A stretch of DNA of 46,948 nucleotides, the filler included, from Jimgerdemannia flammicorona (taxonomy: Eukaryota), in assembly GCA_003990765.1 (NCBI GenBank). It is 2 parts of 2 records of this genome, joined end to end, with 100 filler letters (N's around TTAATTAATTAA, not from the genome) between each part and the next. Parts side by side here need not be neighbours in the genome. Positions count along the whole stretch, not along the records: positions 23,532 to 46,948 come from RBNJ01001107.1; 1 more part is not named here. One strand, written 5' to 3'. Position 1 is the first letter of the stretch; the number at the start of each line of letters is the position of its first letter. The translations under genes and the position numbers were made by a program. Shown here one piece after another: positions 36,118 to 46,948 of this stretch. The notes under the pieces were generated by a model. That model was not told the origin of the DNA, did not search any database, and saw only the letters and a list, made by a program, of their open reading frames with translations.

Positions 36118-37360
36118 CTAGTAAAGCACAAGAAGACCTCATCTAATAAAAATACCAGAAAGTCTACCAAGGACAGACAAATATAGAAGAAAAGCTATAA
36201 ATAATATATCAATATCAGTCTAATCTCAAAATACAAATTAGAGATATACTTAAGAAATGTAATATCTATCAGAAGTATTAAGAAAAGAAGAACTATCAAG
36301 TACTACTATAACCAATCGCACTATCAATCCACATCTTCCAGAGATGTCAAGTTGATATTATTAGACCTTTATCAGTTAAACTAAAAGGAAATAAATATTT
36401 CTTAATATTTATAGAATATCTAACCAAATGGTCTGAAGTTTTCCCAATAGAACTCACTGATGCTCTAACTATTATTAGCCTCCTTTATAGCCTCACACTT
36501 AGATATAGATACTCAGAAGAACTTATCTCTAACTGAGACATAGAATTTATCAATAATATAATTATAAGTTATACTTAAATTCACATAATCTATCTGAAAT
36601 AGACTATATTATACTATTCTCAAATCAATGGTACAATAGAATGAATAAATCAGACCATCAACAAAGAACTTATCTAAGTTAATTCTATTAATTAGAAACT
36701 CTACTTATCTGAAATCCTATGGAAAATTTAGTACACCCCTGCTATCTTTATCAAATAGAAGCTATTTGAGATAATGTTTGTTAAAAAAAACCAGAACTAA
36801 TGATTATGAGAACCTTGGAGATCTCTCTAAAAAGATAAACAATTATATAATCAAGTTTGAGCTCAGATAATCAAGGTCCAGAAAAGACAAAAGAAGTACT
36901 ATATATAACTAAAAACAAAAAAAAAACAGAAGATTAAGATTAATAATCAAGTTTTATTTAGAGAAGCATAATTGAATTCAAATTTACTACTAAATTAGAG
37001 CCTAAATAAGAAGAACCTAATTTATTAGAGAAATTAGTATCTATATAAAAAATATAGATAGATGAATTTTGAGAATACTAGTATATATTAATTATCTTAA
37101 GATATATCTTCTCTCAATATAATAAACCAGATAATTGACCACTACCTCTAGACTCTTATTCTCAGTTCTTTTCAGATCCTTTCAATTCCACTACCATAGT
37201 TTCAAGAGATTTAAGGAAGCCATGACCAACAAGTCTAAAAACTTCAGAAGAACCTTACTATTGTCTAATATCTACTACAGATTTACTAACTAGAGATCTA
37301 CTATATAATTAGACAACAATTGCAAGACCTCTCAGTATCAAACTATATGTACCTATATAT
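36118..37360 (+). pseudogene. older family-B copy: integrase + ORF3 N-part, heavily mutated
   Basis: Collinear with 33153-34390. Bounded on both sides by LTRs of younger family-B insertions. Confidence 0.88.
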
Positions 37361-38807
37361 TGTGATAAACCAAAACATACTACCTGAATTATAACTTAGC
37401 CAGATGACATGAACACATAGCATAGTAACCAGTAACCATTACTGCAGAAAACTGTATAAATAACCAGACTACCAGATAGGTATATCTATGCAAGACCTGC
37501 ATACCTGTGCAAGACCTGCACACCTGTACAAGACCTGTACACCCATGCAAGACTTACACACTTATTATAGATAGTAATCTATAATTAGCAACATAGTAAC
37601 CAGATGGCAACTACAACTGTATAAAATATCTCAGAGACAAGAGTGAATAAACCTCAGTCTGAATTGAAGTATAAACCAAAGAAGTCTCTAAAGATTGAGC
37701 ATTGGTCCCCTTATTCCCACTCTGATCTACTTTCTGATATAAAGCTGATTTTGCTGCCAAGTTTGAGTGAAGAACTTCACTACCTTTAGAATTATTAGTA
37801 TGCTTGCCAGACTAAGCCTGAAGAATCTGAGTTTGCTGCCCAAGTTCAAGAAAGAACTTCACCACTATTTCTAAGTTATCCGCATTCCCAAAAAGCCTAA
37901 GAGAAAGCTGCCTTGCTTAAGCCAGTTTCTGATGCAACTTCACAGTAATCTGTCATATATATAAAGTCAGTCTTTAATGTAACTTTGCCAAGAGACCTTT
38001 TCCTAGTTAAAAGTTGCTGATTCAGGAAGAATCTGTACCATCCAAGTTATTTCTCAGTTAAAGCCACTAATTCAGGAAGAATCTGTATCATCTGAGTTAT
38101 TTCCCAGTTAAAGCTACTAATTCAAGAAGAATCCATTCCACCTGAGTAGTATTCTCAGAAGAGCTCACTAATTTAGAAAGAATCCATAATATCTGAGTTA
38201 TCTGAATTACTTGAGTTATTAGAATTATCTATGACATCTAAGTTATTCATTGTTCCCAGTGAGCCTGAGAAGAATCTGCTACTAGTATAATTCCCAGTAA
38301 AAAGGAATTCACCAAATTACCAGACTGCTCTACATAAGGAACTCATCTCACTACACAAGACCATCATCCAGAAATTGCATAAGGAACCCACCACACTATA
38401 CAGAGATCACTTCACTACACAAAGATCATCATACAGAAATTGCATAAGGAGAACTGCTAAATTGCCAGACTATCATACATAAGGAAATCATTGTGCTATA
38501 TAGAAATCACCTGCTACTCAAGAAGGAAACCACTTATGCTATATATGAAATTCTACCAATTCCCAGTTGACCTAAGAAGGAAATCTATTCACAAATCACT
38601 ACTATACCTAGAGAACTATCCCAATAAGGAAACTTGATGAAATTGATTTGTTGTATCCAGATTGACTATTATACTACTAAACACCAACAAGGACCTCAGG
38701 AATCTTAGAACATTTTGTTACTTTTTGACAAAGTAACTGGGGGCTCAAGCCAAACTACACCAACCCCCAATCTTATAATTTATCTCCATTGAGCCAGGCA
38801 CATTACA
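37361..38807 (+). repeat. family-B 5' LTR (1447 bp)
   Basis: TGTGAT...TTACA followed by a PBS. Confidence 0.9.
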
Positions 38808-38809
38808 TT

Positions 38810-38824
38810 TGGGGGCTCTACTGG
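38810..38824 (+). promoter_or_regulatory. putative tRNA-Pro primer-binding site
   Basis: TGGGGGCTC lies 2 nt after the LTR. It equals the first 9 nt of the classic tRNA-Pro PBS (TGGGGGCTCGTCCGGGAT). Confidence 0.7.
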
Positions 38825-38841
38825 AAAAATTTCAAATCAAC

Positions 38842-40550
38842 ATGACTTTTCAGCTCACAAGAACCCATAGTCAAACTGGATATATACATTTGATACAACA
38901 TCAATCTCTGCCACCACAAGAGAACTAGTTATCACTAGTATTTGAACAGGAAGAGAAGTAATCACCTCAAGACTTGTCAACTATCCAGCATCAGAAGGTT
39001 CCCAACCAGAACCAGAAACTAGTACAGTCCAAAATCTCCAACCAGATCAACCAGACAACACAGGTGGCCATGTTGAAGATTTTGAAGAACTTGTACAAGA
39101 ACTAAAAGATCTTATTACACAAGCCTGAGATCTTACAGCCAAACACTCTATACCAGTCCCACCAATCTCATCAATAGAACCTTTACCACCAGTCCTTACA
39201 GAATTAGAAGTAGCTCCTACAAGAATACCTAGGTTCATTCCACTTCATCTAAGGTTCAGAACCCCATCCTCAAGATACCCAAGCACTCTCATCTCCAGTG
39301 ACAGCTCAGAAAGTGAATCAGAATCAGAATCCAGACCAGAATCAAAATCAGAAGAAAGTGACAATAAAATGGCCACCTCATTGCCAACCTTTGCAGGATA
39401 CCCAGAGGAAGTCCCCAGAGAATTTCTTGATAGAATTGAAGAAATCACAGCTCTGAGGAATCTCTCAGATGAAAGAAAAATTGCCATCTATAAGGCCCAG
39501 CTCAGAGAACCAGCCAGTGGAATTTTCCACTAAATAGCAAATGATCCAAATTCAGAACTGGCAAGATAGATATAAGCAGCAGCATCTTATGAGCTAGAGT
39601 ATGTGGCCATGGTCCACTGGCTCATTGAAAAGTATGCAGGAAATGAAATCTGCCACAAGGCCTAAGAATCTATCATAGAGATGAAGATAAATCTTAGAGA
39701 ATCATCCAGAGCCATCTTCACAAGAATCCAAATGAGAATACATATAGCTGGGTTCAATGCTATCAACCAGGACATCATAGGTCTAATGATCTTTATGAAT
39801 GGGATTCCCCCAAACATTGCTCAGCATGTCTATACCCTAGGCATCAGAAGGTCTGAAGAGTAAGTAGACATAGTCCAAGAATTCTTTGATGTCAGACAAG
39901 GAACTATCTGGAGTGATCATGATAAGAAGGATAATAAGAAAGACACCCTGATCAAGGCTTTACAAGGACTCCTCTAAGAATAAGAAAGGTCTGAAGAAAG
40001 AAGACCAGCCAAAGAAGGAAAGAAAGATAGGAGCGAAATCCAAGACCTCAGCTCCAAGTTGGATTGATTGGTTGGGCAGATTGAAAAACTCACCATATGT
40101 GAAAATTAGAGTTATCAAGACAACAGAGGATACCCACCCCAGAGGAGCTAAGGTTATCCATCAAGAGATAACAAGAGCTACCAGTAAGAAGAAAGAAAAT
40201 ACTCTGCCCAAGACAGAGTCCAAGTCTAATGCTTTCACTGTGGACAATTTGGACACTATGCTACTGAATGTGACAATAAAAGAAGTGACTGAAGAGACTC
40301 AGAACTACCAAACCAAAGGAATGACACTCAGTACAAGAAGACTGAAGCTCATTTTGTTGAAGATTTCAAGGAAGTAAGTAATAGTGAAGACTACAGCAAC
40401 CTAGACTTGTACTCTACCAAGATTACTACTCAGAAAACAGTCTATCCAGCAGAGAAAAGGAAGAGACCTGTAGGAAGACCATCCAGGAATATCAGCAAAA
40501 GAATCATCTAAGAAGAAGATGAAGAATATAAGGAAGAATAAGTAGAAACA
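38842..40550 (+). pseudogene. family-B gag with N-terminal Pro/Ser/Glu-rich extension
   Basis: Capsid start MATSLPTFAGYPEEVPREFLDRIEE (39369), FMNGIPPNI and knuckle CFHCGQFGHYATEC (~40229). An in-frame low-complexity stretch lies upstream. The start is uncertain. Confidence 0.8.
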
Positions 40551-42137
40551 CCACTCCTCCTCAGAGACATCCACCAGTTCCTCCTCACCTACCACCATTA
40601 CCAGCCCTCCTTTCTCAACTGCAGAAACTCCAAAGTAGATGTGCTGAGCTCTCCATATAAGCACATCCTCCTCTGTATTACCCCTTGTGGCTGGACCTCT
40701 TCTGATAAGAGAAGGAGTAGCCTCTCAGACTTCAAATATACTATCTACATATGGATCATTACTCAGTACCTTACTGGCCTCTACTGGTCCCTTCTTCACA
40801 TTCCTCCCTCTCTTGCTGGTCCAGACACTCACCTTGACACTCCCAGTATCCTTTACACCACCATCACTCTTCTTTGCCCTCTCTTCCAGGTTTGCCAGCA
40901 GCTCTCTCTGCCTCTTGTATCCTTGAGACCTCTCCCACAGTCTCTTATTAATATGGATATACTTCCCATCTACTATCTCCAAGTGTGTCAACTCTACATA
41001 TACCTTCCAAGCCTTTGTCCTTTACTCTATAGTACTACTTAGCTCCTCTAGCACCTCTAGTAAATCCTCCTCCTCCTCACTCTCCTTTACCCTCATCACC
41101 TTGCACATGAAGGCCCCCTATACCATCACTGATGGCCAATCACACATCTTCTCAGTAGCCTCCCTCTTAGTTAGCCAAATCCAGATATCCACATCTCCTA
41201 TCCTAAAAGAGGTCTCTTCTCAGACTCAAAATCCAATATCAACTACCTCTTTATACTTAGCTATGACCTCCTCCACTCTCTTCCTCATCTCTATAGCCAT
41301 TATCATGGGCACTCCTTTTACCAGAAGTTGTACTACCCTGGGGTCTCACCTCAAGCATCATGCTATTGGAACATACATCTCTCCAACAGTCAGCCCTCCC
41401 TTCATTGCAGCCTCTAATAGCCCAACCTTCTTAAAGCCCACCTCCACCACTTCTAAACCCCTTAGAAATTTCACAGATACCACACCATCCATCTGCTTAA
41501 CAATTAGCCCCAGAACTATCTTTGTCATCACTGCTAAGCCTCAGAAATACAAAGTGACCACAAACTTCAAGATCAACTTCTTGAGTAACAGGGCTATCAC
41601 CAGGCCCATTATATCATTAGCCAGGTCACTCATCCTCATATCCATCCCATAGCTTAGTCTACTATCAGCAGTCTCATCTAGATTTTTTTTCAGATTACCC
41701 ATCACATCTCCATCAGCAGTCACTCTCTCAGCTCCTACACTACCAGCCCCACTACTCTGGCCCTCTAAGGAGACACCCTCTTTCTCTTCAGCTACCATCT
41801 TCTTCTTTCCCAGCTCCAGCCATCCCTTCAGTTTCATTGCCTGTCTCTCCATTCAGACCTTGTCTGCAAAAGTTATCCTCTCTCCTCTCTGCTGCTTCAT
41901 TCCTTCTCTTCCACCACTATCTGCCCTGCAGCCCCACAAGAATGGACCTGGTATCCCCAAACCAGCTCCTTGGCACCTTTCTACATATTACCAGTCAAAA
42001 GCACTGAGGTCACCCTATCTAGTATACTCCTCAGAATACTCATTGCTCACTATATTATTATCACCTTTTTACTAAAAACATTGTTGAAAGTATTGTCTGA
42101 GTCTTGTATAACCCAGATATTATTAGAGAGAGGTGTA
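40551..42137 (-). mobile_element. LINE 5' fragment (5' UTR + ORF1 part)
   Basis: Collinear with 27701-29302 (ELVDVSEEEW, THLEIVDGK, LLLKKLILKF). Confidence 0.9.
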
Positions 42138-42143
42138 CCAATT

Positions 42144-45100
42144 AATCTGATATCTCCAAGATCTCTCTACTGGAGTCAGATGGCCACACCTCAATCTCAG
42201 AGCCTGGAGGCTTTATACCAGTAGAGCTTCAGTTCAAGAACAGCCTGAACTCAGCAAAGATGTTACCCAGTATGTCCTGCTATATCCTAAGGCCAAACTC
42301 TTGACCAAAGCTCACTAAGAAGATATAGGGTATGATCTCTATAGTCTGGAGGATAAACCCATCAAGCCTGGAAGAATATTGGTATTCAGAATAAGACTAG
42401 CTATATAACTACCTGAAGGAACTTACATCCAACTGACCTCAAGGTCTAGACTGGTCAGACAAAGAGTAACTGTAGAAGGAAGAACCATTAGGCAAAATCA
42501 AGATCATCTTATATAATAGTGGCACAGAATGGTACTGAATCCTCAGAGGACAGAAGATTGCTCAGATAGTTTTCATAAAAGTCAAGACTCCTCAATTACA
42601 AGAAGTTTCCAAACTAACTGAAGAAATAAGGCAGGCTGAAGAATTTGGAAGCTCAGACAAAAAAGAAATATATCTCCTCTAGGTCAACTATCTCAAGAAG
42701 AATGCCCCCCAGTAAGTCTATCATCAACTAGTCAAATTGTACAAGAATCTCATCCTGGAGCCTAGAGAACAAACCATTTTCGAAATCTTTGCACCACTCA
42801 ACTCCAGGAATCTTTCTTTAAACCCAATGAAGATATCCTGAACCTAGACATCAAGGAATATATATTCTCTAACAAGATGAATCTGGTACACTCCTGAGTA
42901 ATCAACCAGAGCTAGGAAAGTATCATCTTGCCAAAAGAAACTATTATAGGACATCTGGTGCTCTTTCTCAACTGAACTCACAGAGAAATCTATAAGCTAA
43001 ACTTATCAGAAAATAGAAAAAGATCTTAGAAGAAAGAAAAGACCCCTCTGCAATCCAGGAGACAGTAAAGCCTTTCACTAATATTAGAGAATAATTGACA
43101 CTTCAGCAATGACAACAACTAGTAGAACTTCTCAACAAATATCAAGATATCTTCACTACTAATTATGGCAATCTACTATATAATCCATTATATTACTATA
43201 GTATAAATACAGGAAATGTAATACTCATCCAGCAGAAACCCTATAGAATACCCCATTACCTAAAGATATTCAAAAAGGAATACATTTAAAAACTCTTAGA
43301 CAATAGAGTTATTTAACCCTCTATCAGTCTTTGGGCCTTATTTGTATCAAAAAAAGGAAGATGCAGACTCTATATAGACTACAGGAAACTCAATTCAGTC
43401 ATCAAGAAAGATGTCTATTCTTTGTCTAGAATAAATAACCTCTTGGACCAGTTACAAGATGCAAGATACTTCAGCAGTATGGACCTTTTTACAGAATTCC
43501 ATAAAATCCCTATGAATCTTAAAGATATTCAGAAGGCAGCCTTTCTTGCTCTAAGAAAACTATTTGAGTACCTCTGAATACTCTTTAGACTTTGCAATAT
43601 ATCTCCCACCTTCTAGAGAATGATGAACTCAGTCTATAGCTCACTGATCCACTACTGTCTGATTATATATATATATATAGATAATTCCAACATCTATTTA
43701 GTAAATTTTGAGGAATACCTATACTATCTAGAAGAATTCTTCAAGCTTACCTGTAAGAACCATCTGAGACTCAATGCCAAGAAATACTACTTTGGAAATC
43801 AGAAACTCAAATTCCTTGGGTTCATAGTTTCTAAAAAAAGAATTCATACAGACCTAAAGAAAATCAAGAAGATCAACAACTGGCCAATATCTAAGATCCC
43901 AAAAGAAATACTATTATTCCTGATACTAGTATTTTACTACAGAAGGTTTATCAAGAACTTTACCCAAATTGCCACTCTAATCCAAATCTTTCTCAAGAAA
44001 GAAGTATCTTATAAATAGACAGAATTACAATAAGAAACTCAAGTACTACATAATTATGGTACTAATTCTTGTTCAGTCCAACCTATAGAAACCATTCATC
44101 TTATATATAGATACTTTTAAAGATGACCTCAGAGCAGTTCTAGTCCAGGAAGGATCTGATCAATAATACCATATAATAGCTTATATATATAAGTTGAGCT
44201 ACCAATCAGCAGTAGATCAAATATGGCAGCACCAAATTGAATATCTTGCAGTTATATAGATAGTTACCCTGTTTAAACATTATCTTATCAGAAAAAGATT
44301 CACTCTGATAATTGACTATACTATCCTTAAATAGCTATTTAACTATAAGAAACTCACCAGAATTCTGGCCCACTGGATTCTTATTCTTTAGGATTATAAA
44401 ATTACTATTATTCACAAAGTAGAGAAAGCTTACAACAATATTAATATACTTTTCTGCCAATCTCAATAAACCAGAAGAAGAGTATACTAAGAAACTGTAC
44501 CCTAAAGAAAGTTTCTCTGACTATTAAAGTATAAGAAGATCTCATTTAGAAAGAACACCAGAAGACCCATCAAGAACAGGTAAATATAGAAGAAAAACTA
44601 TGAATAACATATTAACATTGGCCCAACCTCAGAACACAAGTACAGGATATACTCAGAAAATATAATATCTATCAGAAATACCAGGAGAAGAAGAATTATT
44701 AAGTACTATTACAACCAATTATACTACTAAATAATATTTTTTAGAGATAGAGAGTAGATGTAATTAGACCTCTATCAATTATACTAAGGAGAAATAAATA
44801 TATTCTAGTATTTATAAAATATCTGACCAAATGGTCTAAAGCTTTCTTAATGAAAATTACTAATGCTCTGACCATTATTGGTCTCCTCTATAGACTCATA
44901 CTCAGATATAGATCTCCAGAAGAACTCATCTCTAACTGAGGTACAGAATTTATCAATAATATATTTATAAGTTTTGTCTAAATTTATAAGATTCATTTCA
45001 AGCAAATTACATAATACTACTCTCAGACCAATGGTATGACAGAATGAATGAATCAGACCATCAAGAAAGAACTTGTCTGAGTCAATTCTACCAACTGAGA

Positions 45101-46002
45101 TCTCTGCTTATCTAAGATCTTATGGGAAATATAACAATTTCACAGTCATATTTAGTCTTAGTATATTTTTGTATCTTTTAATTAGTCTTTTCTTATTATT
45201 TCTTGAATATTCTACTATGTTCTGCCACCTTCTACTTGCTTAGAAACCTTCTCTTGGTACCCAGATACCACTAGAACATTCTTACCTTTCCTTGATACCA
45301 AACATCTTATTTTAGCTAGTTATAAAACCTTTTGAAATATTGTAGAACAGTATTAGTCAGCTTTGCTAAGAATCTATTTCTTGGCATTTCTCTTTCTTTC
45401 CAAGATCCTTTTGGATCTTTCTTTCAGATCATATATAAACATCCTTATTCTCTGTCTGAATAAAGCTTAGAATATTTTCTCTCAGAAATCCTTTAAGAAT
45501 ACTTGAACCTTTAAGTATCTCTTTAAGCTACTTTAGGTCAATTAGAACTTTCAGATTTAGCTGCTTTCTCTTAAAGAAACTAGAACTATTATAGGAAATT
45601 CAGAACACCCCTACTGCCTCTACTAAATAGAAGCTATTCAAGATAATATTTGCTAAGAGAATTAGAACTGCTGACTATAAAAACCTCAGAGATCTCCTCA
45701 AAAAGACAGAATAATTATATAATCAAGCCTGAGTCTAGATAATCAAGGTTCAAGAAAGACAAAAGAAGTACTATGACCAGAAGCAAAAGAATCAAAAGAT
45801 TAAGATTGGAGATCAGTACTAGTTTAGAGAAATATAATTGAAATAAACTTTGTTACTAAGCTAGAGCCCAAATAAAAAGGACTTTATCTTATATACAATA
45901 AGTATCTATTTAAGAAGCATGGATCAGCAAACTCTGAGAACACCAGTACACATCAACGGCCTCAAGATATACCTCTCTCCACACTATGAACCAGACAATT
46001 GA
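42144..46002 (+). pseudogene. dUTPase-RT-RH-integrase of family B copy 3, heavily mutated
   Basis: Collinear with 30755-34177. dUTPase at ~42268-42658. RH stop at 44467 overlaps the integrase frame start at 44466. Confidence 0.9.
45130..45593 (+). mobile_element. solo LTR of a different family, 464 bp, 5-bp TSD
   Basis: Interrupts the integrase at tatgggaaa|ttcagaa. GGAAA occurs at 45125-45129 and 45594-45598. Termini tataac...attata are deaminated TGTAAC...GTTACA. TATATAAA near 45432 and AATAAA at 45459. Confidence 0.85.
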
Positions 46003-46194
46003 TCAGCATCTTCAGACTCTTATTCTTAATTTATTCCAATCACTCCCAGTTCCTCTACTACAATTTCACCAAGCTAATGTAAATCCCCTCCAATGAATCC
46101 AGACCCATCAAGAGAACCTCACCTTGGCCAGATATTTACTGCAAGTCCACTAGCTACAGGCCTACTATGCAATTGGAGAACAGTTGCAGAAGCT
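45986..46194 (+). pseudogene. ORF3 N-terminal part, family B copy 3
   Basis: MNQTIDQHLQTLILNLFQSLPVPLLQF...HQENLTLARYLLQVH*LQAYYAIGEQLQK. Confidence 0.78.
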
Positions 46195-46948
46195 TATAGC
46201 GCGATTGCTAATATGACGTCACGCGTAACAATCGACTCACATATTTTCTTGTGACAGTTTCCTCACCTTAAACTACGTACACACTGTTGCACTCAACAGT
46301 AAGTCTTTAACTGCGTCCTCAACTATTAACTTCATACCAGTCTCATAAACAGGAAGACTGTATGAACACCAATGCTGCGATCCTACCATCACATTACTCA
46401 CTCACACATTAGATCATTTAACCTCCCCTACCATCACATTATTCACACGAACATAATAGTCAAAACACTGAAGTCGTGCAACTACAGTCGTACGCAACGC
46501 TACGTTCACCCGTCATTCACTCGCATCTGTACACACACTAGTCCACACACTGTCGTACGCTCCACCGTTCATGTCATTGTGACCTCGACCATTTAACGAC
46601 ACACTTAATCTCATTTACAGGAAGAATGTATAAACACAATACGTCGCTGTAACCAACTAACATCGCGACCCTCCCATCAGGTCATTCACTCACACGCACA
46701 CACACATACGACTGAAGTTTGTTACTTTCGGGTAAGCCTCCCTAGTGTGTTTATTTATATATAGCAGCCTGTGACGTGGGTATTTTGCACTTCCACCTTA
46801 CTAATCATTTCAACGCTTTTTCCTAACCCTCTCCTATTGTGTTCTTCACGTGTTACGTTTTATTGACTTTGTCACATGCTCCACCAATATTTTACGCACT
46901 TGACACCTAACGTTTTTGTGCTTTCCGTTTTCCTGCAACTTTTTTTTT
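46195..46948. other. CpG-retaining non-coding segment of unknown origin
   Basis: CG dinucleotides rise abruptly. Imperfect internal repeat (46341-46410 vs 46609-46700). No convincing ORF. Confidence 0.5.

Larger units (their letters stand above)
37361..46194 (+). mobile_element. Ty3/gypsy family B, copy 3 (5' LTR to ORF3), interrupted by a LINE fragment and a solo LTR
   Basis: LTR, PBS, gag, then dUT-RT-RH-IN-ORF3 collinear with 30755-34370. Confidence 0.9.

Overview
This is a eukaryotic, most likely fungal (inference from element types and protein style), transposon graveyard: nested and mostly decayed retroelements with strong C>T/G>A erosion. It holds: one full-length Ty3/gypsy element (family A, 2783-9479; 458-bp LTRs, 4-bp TSD); a sister copy cut by an artificial 100-bp gap (A', 22505-23423); several nested copies of a second gypsy family with ~1.4-kb LTRs (family B; 31-522 and 29303-46194); three Ty1/copia remnants; three copies of an L1/Tx1-like LINE; a solo LTR; and an intronless F-box/LRR pseudogene with a partial duplicate. 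The most interesting signal is an architecture shared by the two otherwise divergent gypsy families. (1) One Gag-protease-Zn module-dUTPase-RT-RNase H reading frame. (2) Integrase in a separate frame, with no chromodomain. (3) A homologous ~150-170 aa soluble, non-Env ORF3 that overlaps the integrase stop. (4) Four 19-bp repeat units near the LTR 5' end, whose core differs concertedly between subfamilies. One untested hypothesis is that ORF3 is an element-encoded regulator or anti-silencing factor that binds these repeats. All alignments and counts were done by eye and no database search was run.
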